Source of the DNA: the human T2T-CHM13v2.0 reference genome, Homo sapiens
Reading direction: 5' to 3'
Assembly (NCBI GenBank): GCA_009914755.4
Contig: CP086569.2
Span: 27,744,001-27,808,000, forward strand
Length of the DNA stretch: 64,000 bases
Part shown: in pieces, positions 25,013 through 36,822 of the stretch
How positions within the stretch are numbered: position 1 is the stretch's first letter
Layout of the letters: every line of letters begins with the position of its first letter
The notes under the pieces: model-generated
The model's input: only the letters and a program-made list of their open reading frames with translations
Told to the model about the DNA's origin: nothing
Databases searched by the model: none
Program-made: the position numbers and the translations under genes

Positions 25013-28000
25013 ATGGGGTGGATTGGAACTCTATGGGGTGGAGTGGAGCGAAGTGGATTGGAGTGGAATGCAGTGCAATGGACTGGAGTGGAGTGGAATA
25101 GATTGGAGTGGAGTGGAGTGGATCGGAGTGTAGTGCCGTGGAGTGGACTAGAGTGGGGTGGATTGGAGTGCATTGGAGTGAAATGGAGTGGAGTGCGGTG
25201 GAATGGAATGGAATGGCATCAAATCGCATGGTAATGAATCAAATGGAATCAAATGGAATGGAAATAATGGAATCGAAGGCAAACGAATGGAATCGAATTG
25301 CACTGATTCTACTGAGTTGAAACAAAATGAAATGAAACGCGGTGAAGTGGAGTGGATTGGAATGTATTAGGGTGGAATGGAATTGAATGGTGTGGAGTGG
25401 AGTGGAGTGCCCAGGAGTGTAATGGGAAGAAATGGAATTGAACGGAGTGGAGTGGATTGGAATGGAGGGTAATGGAGTGGAATGGAGTGGAGTGGAGTAG
25501 AGTGGAATGGGTTGGAGTGGAATGCAGAGGACAGGAGTGGAGTGCAGTGGACTGGAGTGGAGTGGAGTTGAGTGGAGTGGATTGGATTGAAATAGAGCGG
25601 AGCAGAGTGGAATGGAATTGAATCACATGGTATTTAATCAAATCGAATGGAATAAAATCGAATGAAAAAATGGAATCAAAAGCAAACGAATGGAGTCAAA
25701 CCACATTGGTTAGACTGACATCGAATAATATCAAAAGAAATGTGGTGAAGTGGAGTGGAGTGTAATGAAATGGGGTGGAATGAAATTGAATGGAGTGGAG
25801 TGGAGTCTACTGGAGTGGAATGGAATGGAATGGAAAGGAATGGAATAGAATGGAGTGAAGTGCAGTGCAGTGAAATGGAGTGGAAAGGAATGGAATGGAA
25901 AGAATTGAATCAAATGGAATCGAAGTGAATCGAATCTAATGAAATTGAACGCAAAAAATGGAATGAGTAGAATCGAAAAAGATGGATTCAAATGGCAACA
26001 AATAAAATTGAATGGAATGCGGTGAGGTGGAGGGGATTGGAATGGAGTTGAATGGAATGGGGTGTAATTGAATTGAATGGAGTGGAGTGGAGTGAACTGG
26101 AGTGGAATGGAATGGAATGGGCAGGCATGGAATAGAAAGGCGTGGAGTGGAGTGGAATTGAGAGGAGTGGAATGGAGTAGGGTGGATTGTGGTGGAGAAT
26201 ATTGGAAAAGAGTGGAGTGGAATGGAATGGAATGGAGTGGAGTGGAATGGAATGGAATTGAGTGAAGTGGAGTGTAGTGGAATGGAGAGTAATGGAGTGG
26301 AGTGGACTGGAGTGGAGTAGATTGCAGTGCATTGGACTCTAGGGGATAGAAGTGGCTTGGAGTCCAAAGGAGTGGAGTGGAAGGGAATGGAATGGAGTGG
26401 AATGGACTGGAACGGAATGGAATGGAATGGATTTAAATGGAGGGGAATCAAATCGAATTGAATCATATTGAATCAAGTCGAATTGAGTGGAGGAAAGAAA
26501 TCGAATGAAATCGAATGGAATGAGTTGAATGGAGTCGAATGTCAACCATGGAATCGAAAGTAATGTGGTAAAGTGGAGTGGAGTGTTATGGAGTGGAATG
26601 GAATGGGGTGACATGGAATTGAAAACAGTGGAGAGGAGTGGAGTGGTTTAGGCTAGAGTCGAATGGACAGGGAAGGAATGGAACTGAATGGAGTGGAGTC
26701 GATATGGAGTGGAATGGAATGGAATGGAATGGAATGGAACGGAATGGAGTGGAATGGAATCGAATCACATGGAACTGAATGAAATCGAATTGAATGAAAT
26801 TGACTGGAGAAAATGGAATCAAATGGAATCAAATCGAATGGATTCGAGTGACATTGAATGGAATCGAAAGGAATGCAGTGAGGTGGGGTTGAGTGGAATG
26901 GAATGGGATGAATGGAATTGAATGGAGTGGAGTGGAATGGAATGGAATGGAACGGAAAGGAATGGAATTGAACAAACCGGAGTGGAGTGGATTGGAGTGG
27001 AGTGCAGGGGAGTACAGTGGAATGAAGAGGAGTGTAGTTGAATGGAATGGAATGTATGGAACGTACTGGAATGGAATGGATAAGAATGGAATGGAATGGA
27101 ATCGCACGGAATTGAATAGAATCAAATCGAATTGAATAGAATCAAATGGAAAAAATGGAGTCAAATGGAATCCAATGGCATGGAATCGAACGGTTTTGAA
27201 TGGCAGTGAATGGAAACGAAAGGAATGCGATGAAGTGGAGCGCAGTGGAGTGGAAAGGAGTGCAATGGAATAGGGCGGAACTGAATTTAATGGAACAGAG
27301 TGGATTGGAGTGGACTGGAGTGGAATGGAATGGGAAGGAATGGGATTGAAAGGAGTGGCAAGCAGTGGAGTGGAGTGGCATGGAATGGAGTGGAGTGGAA
27401 TGGAGTGGAATGGAATGGAGTGGAATGGAGTGGATTGGAATGGAATGGAGTGGAGAGGAATGGAATGGAATGGTATAGAGTGGACAGGATTGGAGTGGAG
27501 TGGATTGGAATGGAATGGAATGGAATGGAATGGAATGGAACTGAATGGACTGGAATTGAATGGAATAGAATGGAATCGCAGGGAATCAAATTGGTTTGAA
27601 TCGAATCCAATGGAAAAAATGAAATCAAATGAAATTCAATGGAATCGAAATGAATGTAAACAATGGAATCCAATGGAATCCAATGGAATCGAATCAAATG
27701 GTTTTGAATGGCTTAAAATGAAATCGCATGGAAGGCAGTGAATTGGAGTGGATTGGAATAGAGAGGAATGAATTGGAATGGAGTGTAGTGGAATGTAGTG
27801 GATTCCAGTGGAGTGGAGTGGATTGGATTGGAATGGAATGGAACAGATTGGATTGGAGTTGTGCAGAGTGGAGTGGACTGGAGTGGAGAGGAATGGAGTG
27901 GAGTGATGTCGAGTTGAGTGGAATGGAATGGAGTGGAGCAGAGTGGAATTCAAATGAATGAAGTGGATTGGTATGGAATGGAATGGCGTGGAATGGAGTG

Positions 28001-28176
28001 GAATAGAATGGAATGGAATCGCATGGAAGGATATCAAATCAAATGGAATCCAACGGAAAATTATGAATCCAGTGGAATCGAAATGATTCCAAAGGAATAG
28101 ATTCGAAAGGAATTGAATGCAATGGAAAGGAATGCAGTGAAGTGGAGTGGAGTGGAATGGATTGTTTTAGAGTGAA
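25013..28176 (+). repeat. Transition-zone unit (alpha2 anchor, conserved 'type I' interior), 3164 bp
   Basis: The anchor variant 'MGWIGTLWGG' carries a ~65-bp (13-pentamer) in-register expansion relative to alpha1. The interior motifs are homologous to domain 1 in the same order. Confidence 0.75.
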
Positions 28177-30720
28177 ATGGGGTGGATTGGAACTCTATGG
28201 GGTGGAGTGGAGCGAAGTGGATTGGAGTGGAATGGAGTGCAATGGACTGGAGTGGAGTGGAATAGATTGGAGTGGAGTGGAGTGGATCGGAGTGTAGTGC
28301 CGTGGAGTGGACTAGAGTGGGGTGGAGTGGAGTGCATTGGAGTGGAATGGAGTGGAGTGCGGTGGAAGGGAATGGAATGGCATCAAATCGCATGGTAATG
28401 AATCAAATGCAATCAAATGGAATGTAAATAATGGAATCGAAGGCAAACGAATGGAATCGAATTGCACTGATTCTACTGACTTGGAACAAAATGAAATGAA
28501 ACGCGGTGAAGTGGAGTGGAGTGGAATGTATTAGGGTGGAATGGAATTGAATGGTGTGGAGTGGAGTGGAGTGTCCAGGAGTGGAATGGGAAGAAATGGA
28601 ATTGAACGGAGTGGAGTGGAGTGGAATGGAGGGTAATGGAGTGGAATGGAGTGGAGTGGAGTAGAGTGGAATGGGTTAGAGTGGAATGCAGAGGACAGGA
28701 GTGGAGTGCAGTGGACTGGAGTGGAGTGGAGTGGAGTGGATTGGATTGAAACAGAGCGGAGCAGAGTGGAATGGAATTGAATCACATGGTATTGAATCAA
28801 ATCGAATGGAATTAAATCGAATGAAAAAATGGAATGAAAAGCAAACGAATGGAGTCAAACCACATTGGTTAGACTGACATCGAATAATATCAAAAGAAAT
28901 GCGGTGAAGTGGAGTGGAGTGTAATGAAATGGGGTGGAATGAAATTGAATGGAGTGGAGTGGAGTGGAGTCTACTGGAGTGGAATGGAATGGAATGGAAA
29001 GGAATGGAATAGAATGGAGTGAAGTGCAGTGCAGTGAAATGGAGTGGAAAGGAATGGAATGGAAAGAATTGAATCAAATGGAATCAAAGTGAATCGAATC
29101 TAATGAAATTGAAAGCAAAAAATGGAATGAGTAGAATCGAAAAAGATGGATTCAAATGGCAACAAATAAAATTGAATGGAATGCGGTGAGGTGGAGGGGA
29201 TTGGAAAGGAGTTGAATGGAATGGGGTGTAATTGAATTGAATGGAGTGGAGTGGAGTGAACTGGAGTGGAATGGAATGGAATGGGCAGGCATGGAATTGA
29301 AAGGCGTGGAGTGGAGTGGAATTGAGAGGATTGGAAAGGAGTAGGGTGGATTGTGGTGGAGAATATTGGAAAAGAGTGGAGTGGAATGGAATGGAATGGA
29401 GTGGAGTGGAATGGAATGGAATTGAGTGAAGTGGAGTGTAGTGGAATGGAGAGTAATGAAGTGGAGTGGACTGGAGTTGAGTAGATTGCAGTGCATTGGA
29501 CTGCAGGGGATAGAAGTGGCTTGGAGTCCAAAGGAGTGGAGTGGAATGGAGTGGAATGGAATGGAATGGAATGGAATGGAATGGAATGGAATGGAATGGA
29601 ACGGAATGGAGTGGAATGGAATCGAATCACATGGAATTGAATGAAATCGAATTGAATGAAATTGAATGGAGAAAATGGAATCAAATGGAATCAAATCGAA
29701 TGGATTCGAATGACATTGAATGGAATCGAAAGGAATGAAGTGAGGTGGGGTTGAGTGGAATGGAGTGGAATGGAATGTCATGAATCGAGTTGAATGGAGT
29801 GGAGTGGAATGGAATGGAATGGAAAGGAATGGAATTGAACAAAATGGAGTGTAGTAGAATGGAGTGGATTGGAGTGGAGTGCAGGGGAGTGCAGTGGAAT
29901 GAAGAGGAGTGTAGTTGAATCTAATGGAATGTATGGAACGTACTGGAATGGAATGGATAAGAATGGAATGGAATGGAATCGCATGGAATTGAATAGAATC
30001 AAATTGAATTGAATAGAATCAAGAGGAAAAATTGGAGTCAAATGGAATCCAATGGCATAGAATCGGACGGTTTTGAATGGCAGTGAATGGAAACGAATGG
30101 AATGCGATGAAGTGGAGCGGAGTGGAGTGGAAAGGAGTGCAATGGAATAGGGTGGAAATGAATTTAATGGAACAGAGTGGATTGGAGTGGACTGGAGTGG
30201 AATGGAATGGGAAGCAATGGGATTGAAAGGAGTGGCGTGCAGTGGAGTGGAGTGGCATGGAGTGTAGTGGAGTGGAATGGAGTGGAATGGCATGGAGTGG
30301 AATGGAGTGGATTGGAATGGAGTGTATTACAGTGGAGTGGAGTGGATAGGATTGGAATGGAATGGAATGGATTGCAGTGGAGTGGTGCCGAGTGGAGTGG
30401 ACTGGATTGGAGAGGAATGGAGTGGAGTGAAGTCGATTTGAGTGGAATGGAATGAAGTGGAGTGGAGTGGAATGCAGTGAAATGCAGTAGAATGAAGTGG
30501 ATTGGAATGGAATGGAATGGCGTGGAATGGAGTTGAATGGAATGGAATGGAGTGGAATGGAATGGAATAGCATGGAATGAAATCGAATCCAATCGAATCC
30601 AATGGAAAACTATGAATCAAATGGAATCGAATGGATTCCAAATGAGTGGATTCGAATGGCATTGCATGGAGTGGAAAGGAATGCGGTGAAGTGGAGTGGA
30701 GTGGAATGTATTGGATTGGA
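28177..30720 (+). repeat. Transition-zone unit (alpha2 anchor), truncated to ~2544 bp by two ~300-bp internal deletions
   Basis: The anchor is at 28177 and the next, diverged beta-type anchor ('gaatggggtgtattggaattctatgg') is at ~30721. The spacing between the 'MESNHMELNE' and 'MDWSG' landmarks is shortened, and the 'MEGSELEW/MEWNGVEQ' block is absent before 'MENYESNGIEWIP' (30602). Confidence 0.65.
29553..29602 (+). repeat. Pure (GGAAT)n tract, ~10 consecutive perfect pentamers, ending in a GGAAC variant
   Basis: Direct reading: 'ggaatggaatggaatggaatggaatggaatggaatggaatggaatggaacgg'. The homologous tract has ~7, ~8 and ~5 pentamers at ~1784-1820, ~4905-4946 and ~8027-8053, so it is a slippage-variable microsatellite embedded in the HOR. 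Confidence 0.8.
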
Positions 30721-33700
30721 ATGGGGTGTATTGGAATTCTATGGAGTGGAGTGGAGTGGATTGGAGTGGAATGGAGTGGAATGAACTGGAGTAGAGTGGA
30801 ATGGATTGGAGTGGAGTGTAGTGGACTGGAGTGGAGTGCTGTGGAGTGCAGTAGAGTGTGGTGGGGTGGAGTGGATTGGAGTAGAATAGAGTGGAGTGGA
30901 GTGTAATGGAATGGAATGGAATCAAATCACATGGTAACAAATCAAATCGAATGGAAAAAATGGAATTGAATGCAAGCGAATGGAATCGAATTGCACTGAT
31001 TCTACTGAGTTCGAATAAAATCAAATGAAATGCGGTGAAGTGGAGTGGAGTGGAATGAAATGGGTTGGAAAGGAATTCAATGGTGTGGAGTGCAGTGGAG
31101 TGTCCTGGAGTGGAATGGAATGGAATGGAATGGGAAGGAGAGGAATTTTACAGAGTGGAGTGGAATGGAGCGGAATGGAGTGTAATGGAGTGGAGTGGAG
31201 TGGAGTGGAATGGGTTGGAGTGGAGTGCAGTGGACAGGAGTGGAGTGCAGTGGACTGGAGTGGAGTGGAGTGGTAAAGAGTGGAGCGGAGTGGAATGGAA
31301 TGGAATGGAATGGAATCACATGGTATTGAATCAAATCCAACTGAATTAAATCGAAAGGAAAAAATGGAATCGAATGCAAACAAATGGAATCGAATCACAT
31401 CGTTTCGACTGACATTGAATAAAATCAAAAGAAATGCGTTGAAGTGGAGTGGAGTGGAATGAAATGGGGTGGAATGGAATTGAATGGAGTTGATTGCAGT
31501 GGAGTCGACTGGAGTGGAACGGAATGGAATGGGAAGGAATGGAATTAAATGGAGTGGAGCGCAGTACAGTGAAATGGAGTGGAATGGTATGGAATGGAAT
31601 GGAATGGAATTGCATAGAATAGAATCGAATTGAATCTAATGTAACTGAACGGAAAAAATGGAAATGAATAGAATCAAAAACAATGGATTCGACTGGCATC
31701 TAATAGAATGAAATGGAATGCGGTGAGGTGGAGTGGATTGTAATGGAGTTGAATGGAATGGGGTGTAATTGAATTGAATGGAGTGGAGTGGAGTGAACTG
31801 GAGTGGAATGGAATGGAATGGGCAGGCATGGAATTGAAAGGCGTGGAGTGGTGTGGAATTGAGAGGAGTGGAATGGAGTAGGGTGGATTGTAGTGGAGAA
31901 TATTGGAAAAGAGTGGAGTGGAATGGAATGGAATGGAGTGGAGTGGAATGGAATGGAATTGAGTGAAGTGGAGTGTAGTGGAATGGAGAGTAATGGAGTG
32001 GAGTGGACTGGAGTGGAGTAGATAGCAGTGCATTGGACTGTACGGGATAGAAGTGGCTTGGAGTGCCATGGAGTGGAGTGGAATGGAATGGAATGGAGTG
32101 GAATGGACTGGAACGGAATGGAATGGAATGGAATGGAATGGATTTAAATGGCAGGGAATCAAAACGAATTGAATCATATTGAATCAAGTCGAATCGAGTG
32201 GAGGAAAGAAATCGAATGAAATCGAATGGAATGAGTTGAATGGAGTCGAAAGTCAACCATGGAATCGAAAGTAATGTGGTAAAGTGGAGTGGAGTGGAGT
32301 GTTATGGAGTGGAATGGAATGGGGTGACATGGAATTGAATACAGTGGAGAGGAGTGGAGTGGATTGGGCTAGAGTGGAATGGAAAGGGAAGGAATGGAAC
32401 TGAATGGAGTGGAGTGGAATGGAGTGGAATGAAATGGAATGGAATGGAATGGAATGGAACGGAATGGAGTGGAATGGAATCGAATCACATGGAACTGAAT
32501 GAAATCGAATTGAATGAAATTGACTGGAGAAAATGGAATCAAATGGAATCAAATCGAATGGATTCGAATGACATTGAATGGAATCGAAAGGAATGCAGTG
32601 AGGTGGGGTTGAGTGGAATGGAATGGGATGAATGGAATTGAATGGAGTGGAGTGGAATGGAATGGAATGGAACGGAAAGGAATGAAATTGAACAAACTGG
32701 AGTGGAGTGGATTGTAGTGGAGTGCAGGGGAGTGCAGTGGAATGAAGAGGAGTGTAGTTGAATGGAATGGAATGTATGGAACGTACTGGAATGGAATGGA
32801 TAAGAATGGAATGGAATGGAATCGCATGGAATTGAATAGAATCAAATCGAATTGAATAGAATCAAATGGAAAAAATGGAGTCAAATGGAATCCAATGGCA
32901 TAGAATCGAACGGTTTTGAATGGCAGTGAATGGAAACGAAAGGAATGCGATGAAGTGGAGCGCAGTGGAGTGGAAAGGAGTGCAATGGAATAGGGCGGAA
33001 CTGAATTTAATGGAACAGAGTGGATTGGAGTGGACTGGAGTGGAATGGAATGGGAAGGAATGGGATGGAAAGGAGTGGTGTGCAGTGGAGTGGAGTGGCA
33101 TGGAGTGGAGTGGAGTGGAATGGAGTGGAATGGAATGGAGTGGAATGGAGTGGATTGGAATGGAATGGAGTGCAGAGGAATGGAATGGAATGGTATAGAG
33201 TGGACAGGAATGGAGTGGCGTGGATTGGAATAGAATGGAATGGAATGGAATGGAATGGAACGGAACTGAATGCACTGGAATTGAATGTAATAGAATTGAA
33301 TCGCAGGGAATCAAACTGGTTTGAATCGAATCGAATGGAAAAAATGAAATCAAATGAAATTGAATGGAATCGAAATGAATGTAAACAATGGAATCCAACG
33401 GAGTCACATGGAATCGAATCAAATGCTTTTGAAAGGCTTAAAATGAAATCGCATGGAAGGCAGTGAATTGGAGTGGAGTGGAATAGAGAGGAATGAATTG
33501 GAATGGAGTGCAGTGGAATGTAGTGGATTCCAGTGGATTGGAGTGGATTGGATTGGAATGGAATGGAACAGATTGGATTGGAGTTGTGCAGAGTGGAGTG
33601 GACTGGAGTGGAGAGGAATGGAGTGGAGTGAAGTCGAGTTGAGTGGAATGGAATGGAGTGGAGCAGATTGGAATGCAAAAGAATGAAGTGGATTGGTATG

Positions 33701-33901
33701 GAATGGAATGGCGTGGAATGGAGTGGAATAGAATGGAATGGAATCGCATGGAAGGATATCAAATCAAATGGAATCGAACGGAAAATTATGAATCCAATGG
33801 AATCGAAAGGATTTTAAAGGAATGGATTCGAAAGGCATTGAATGGAATGGAAAGGAATACAGTGAAGTGGAGTGGAGTGAAGTGGATTGTTTTAGAGTGA
33901 A
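30721..33901 (+). repeat. Transition-zone unit (beta anchor, type I interior), ~3181 bp
   Basis: The beta anchor lies at ~30721. 'MKCGEVEWSGMKWVGKEFNG' at 31025 is the diverged homolog of the alpha 'MKCGEVEWSGMY' block. Interior landmarks at 32354, 32862, 33020, 33453 and 33643 are homologous to domain 1. Confidence 0.7.
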
Positions 33902-36822
33902 ATGGGGTGGATTGGAACTCTATGGGGTGGAGTGGAGCAAAGTGGATTGGAGTGGAATGGAGTGCAATGGACTGGAGTGGAGTGGAATGGATTGGAGTGG
34001 AGTGTAGTGGATCGGAGTGTAGTGCCGTGGAGTGGACTAGAGTGGGGTGGAGTGGAGTGCATTGGAGTGGAATGGAGTGGAGTGCGGTGGAATGGAATGG
34101 AATGGCATCAAATCGCATGGTAATGAATGAAATGGAATCAAATGGAATGGAAATAATGGAATCTAAGGCAAACGAATGGAATCGAATTGCACTGATTCTA
34201 CTGACTTGGAAGAAAATGAAATGAAACGCGGTGAAGTGGAGTGGAGTGGAATGTATTAGGATGGAATGGAATTGAATGGTGTGGAGTGGAGTGGAGTGCC
34301 CAGGAGTGGAATGGGAAGAAATGGAATTGAACGGAGTGGAGTGGAGTGGAATGGAGGTGAATGGAGGGTAATGGAGTGGAATGGAGTGGAGTGGAGTAGA
34401 GTGGAATGGGTTGGAGTGGAATGCAGAGGACAGGAGTGGAGTGCAGTGGACTGTAGTGGAGAGAAGTTGAGTGGAGTGGATTGGATTGAAATAGAGTGGA
34501 GCAGAGTGAAATGGAATTGAATCACATGGTATTGAATCAAATCGAATGGAATTAAATCGAATGAAAAAACGGAATCAAAAGCAAACGAATGGAGTCAAAC
34601 CACATTGGTTAGACTGACATCGAATAATATCAAAAGAAATGTGGTGAAGTGGAGTGGAGTGTAATGAAATGGGGTGGAATGAAATTGAATGGAGTGGAGT
34701 GGAGTGGAGTCTACTGGAGTGGAATGGAATGGAATGGAAAGGAATGGAATAGAATGGAGTGAAGTGCAGTGCAGTGAAATGGAGTGGAAAGGAATGGAAT
34801 GGAAAGAATTGAATCAAATGGAATCGAAGTGAATCTAATCTAATGAAATTGAACGCAAAAAATGGAATGAGTAGAATCGAAAATGATGGATTCAAATGGC
34901 AACAAATAAAATTGAATGGAATGCGGTGAGGTGGAGGGGATTGGAATGGAGTTGAATGGAATGTGGTGTAATTGAATTGAATGGAGTGGAGTGGAGTGAA
35001 CTGGAGTGGAATGGAATGGAATGGGCAGGCATGGAATTGAAAGGCGTGGAGTGGAGTGGAATTGAGAGGAGTGGAATGGAGTAGGGTGGATTGTGATGGA
35101 GAATATTGGAAAAGAGTGGAGTGGAATGGAATGGAATGGAGTGGAGTGGAATGGAATGGAATTGAGTGAAGTGGAGTGTATTGGAATGGAGAGTAATGGA
35201 GTGGAGTGGACTGGAGTGGAGTAGATTGCAGTGCATTGGACTGTAGGGGATAGAAGTGGCTTGGAGTCCAAAGGAGTGGAGTGGAATGGAATGGAATGGA
35301 ATGGAATGGAATGGAATGGAATGGACAGGAACGGAATGGAATGGAATGGATTTAAATGGCAGGGAATCAAATCGAATTGAATCATATTGAATCAAGTCGA
35401 ATCGAGTGGAGGAAAGAAATCGAATGAAATCCAATGGAATGAATTGAATGGAGTCGAATGTCAACCATGGAATCGAAAGTAATGTGGTAAAGTGGAGTGG
35501 AGAGGAGTGTTATGGAGTGGAATGGAATGGGGTGACATGGAATTGAATACAGTGCAGAGGAGTGGAGTGGATTGGTCTAGAGTGGAATGGAAAGGGAAGG
35601 AATGGAACTGAATGCCGTGGAGTGGAATGGAGTGGAATGGAATGGAATGGAATGGAATGGAATGGAATGGAACGGAATGGAGTGGAATGGAATGTAATGG
35701 AACGGAATGGAGTGGAATGGAATCGAATCACATGGAATTGAATGAAACCGAATTGAATGATATTGAATGGAGAAAATGGAATCAAATGGAATCAAATCGA
35801 ATGGATTCGAATGACATTGAATGGAATCGAAAGGAATACAGTGAGGTGGGGTTGAGTGGAATGGCGTGGAATGGAATGGGATGAATCGAGTTGAGTGGAG
35901 TGGAGTGGAATGGAATGGAATGGAAAGGAATGGAATTGAACAAAATGGAGTGTAGTAGAATGGAGTGGATTGGAGTGGAGTGCAGGGGAGTGCAGTGGAA
36001 TGAAGAGGAGTGTAGTTGAATGGAATGGAATGTATGGAACGTACTGGAATGGAATGGATAAGAATGGAATGGAATGGAATCTCATGGAATTGAATAGAAT
36101 CAAATCGAATTGAATAGAATCAAGGGGAAAAAATGGAGTCAAATGGAATCCAATGGCATAGAATCGGACGGTTTTGAATGGCAGTGATTGGAAACGAATG
36201 GAATGCGATGAAGTGGAGCGGAGTGGAGTGGAAAGGAGTGCAATGGAATAGGGTGGAACTGAATTTAATGGAACAGAGTGGATTGGAGTGGACTGGAGTG
36301 GAATGGAATGGGAAGCAATGGGATTGAAAGGAGTGGCGTGCAGTGGAGTGGAGTGGCATGGAGTGTAGTGGAGTGGAATGGAGTGGAATGGCATGGAGTG
36401 GAATGGAGTGGATTGGAATGGAGTGTATTACAGTGGAGTGGAGTGGATAGGATTGGAATGGAATGGAATGGATTGCAGTGGAGTGGTGCCGAGTGGAGTG
36501 GACTGGATTGGAGAGGAATGGAGTGGAGTGAAGTCGATTTGAGTGGAATGGAATGAAGTGGAGTGGAGTGGAATGCAGTGGAATGCAGTAGAATGAAGTT
36601 TATTGGAATGGAATGGAATGGCGTGGAATGGAGTGGAATGGAATGGAATGGAGTGGAATGGAATGGAATAGCATGGAATGAAATCGAATCCAATCGAATC
36701 CAATGGAAAACTATGAATCAAATGGAATCGAATGGATTCCAAATGAGTGGATTCGAATGGCATTGCATGGAGTGGAAAGGAATGCGGTGAAGTGGAGTGG
36801 AGTGGAATGTATTGGATTGGAA
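33902..36822 (+). repeat. Transition-zone unit (alpha2 anchor), ~2921 bp, sharing the ~300-bp 3' deletion of unit 28177
   Basis: Anchors at 33902 (alpha) and ~36822 (beta). 'MDWSGLEWNGMGSNG' (36278) runs straight into 'MENYESNGIEWIPNEW' (36703), as in unit 28177. Confidence 0.65.

Noticed and set aside
29553-29602. Heat-shock elements (nGAAn arrays) as discrete HSF1 binding sites
   Set aside because: GAA triplets occur every 5 bp, but as direct rather than alternating inverted (GAAnnTTC) repeats. They also occur throughout the array, so no discrete site can be called from sequence alone.
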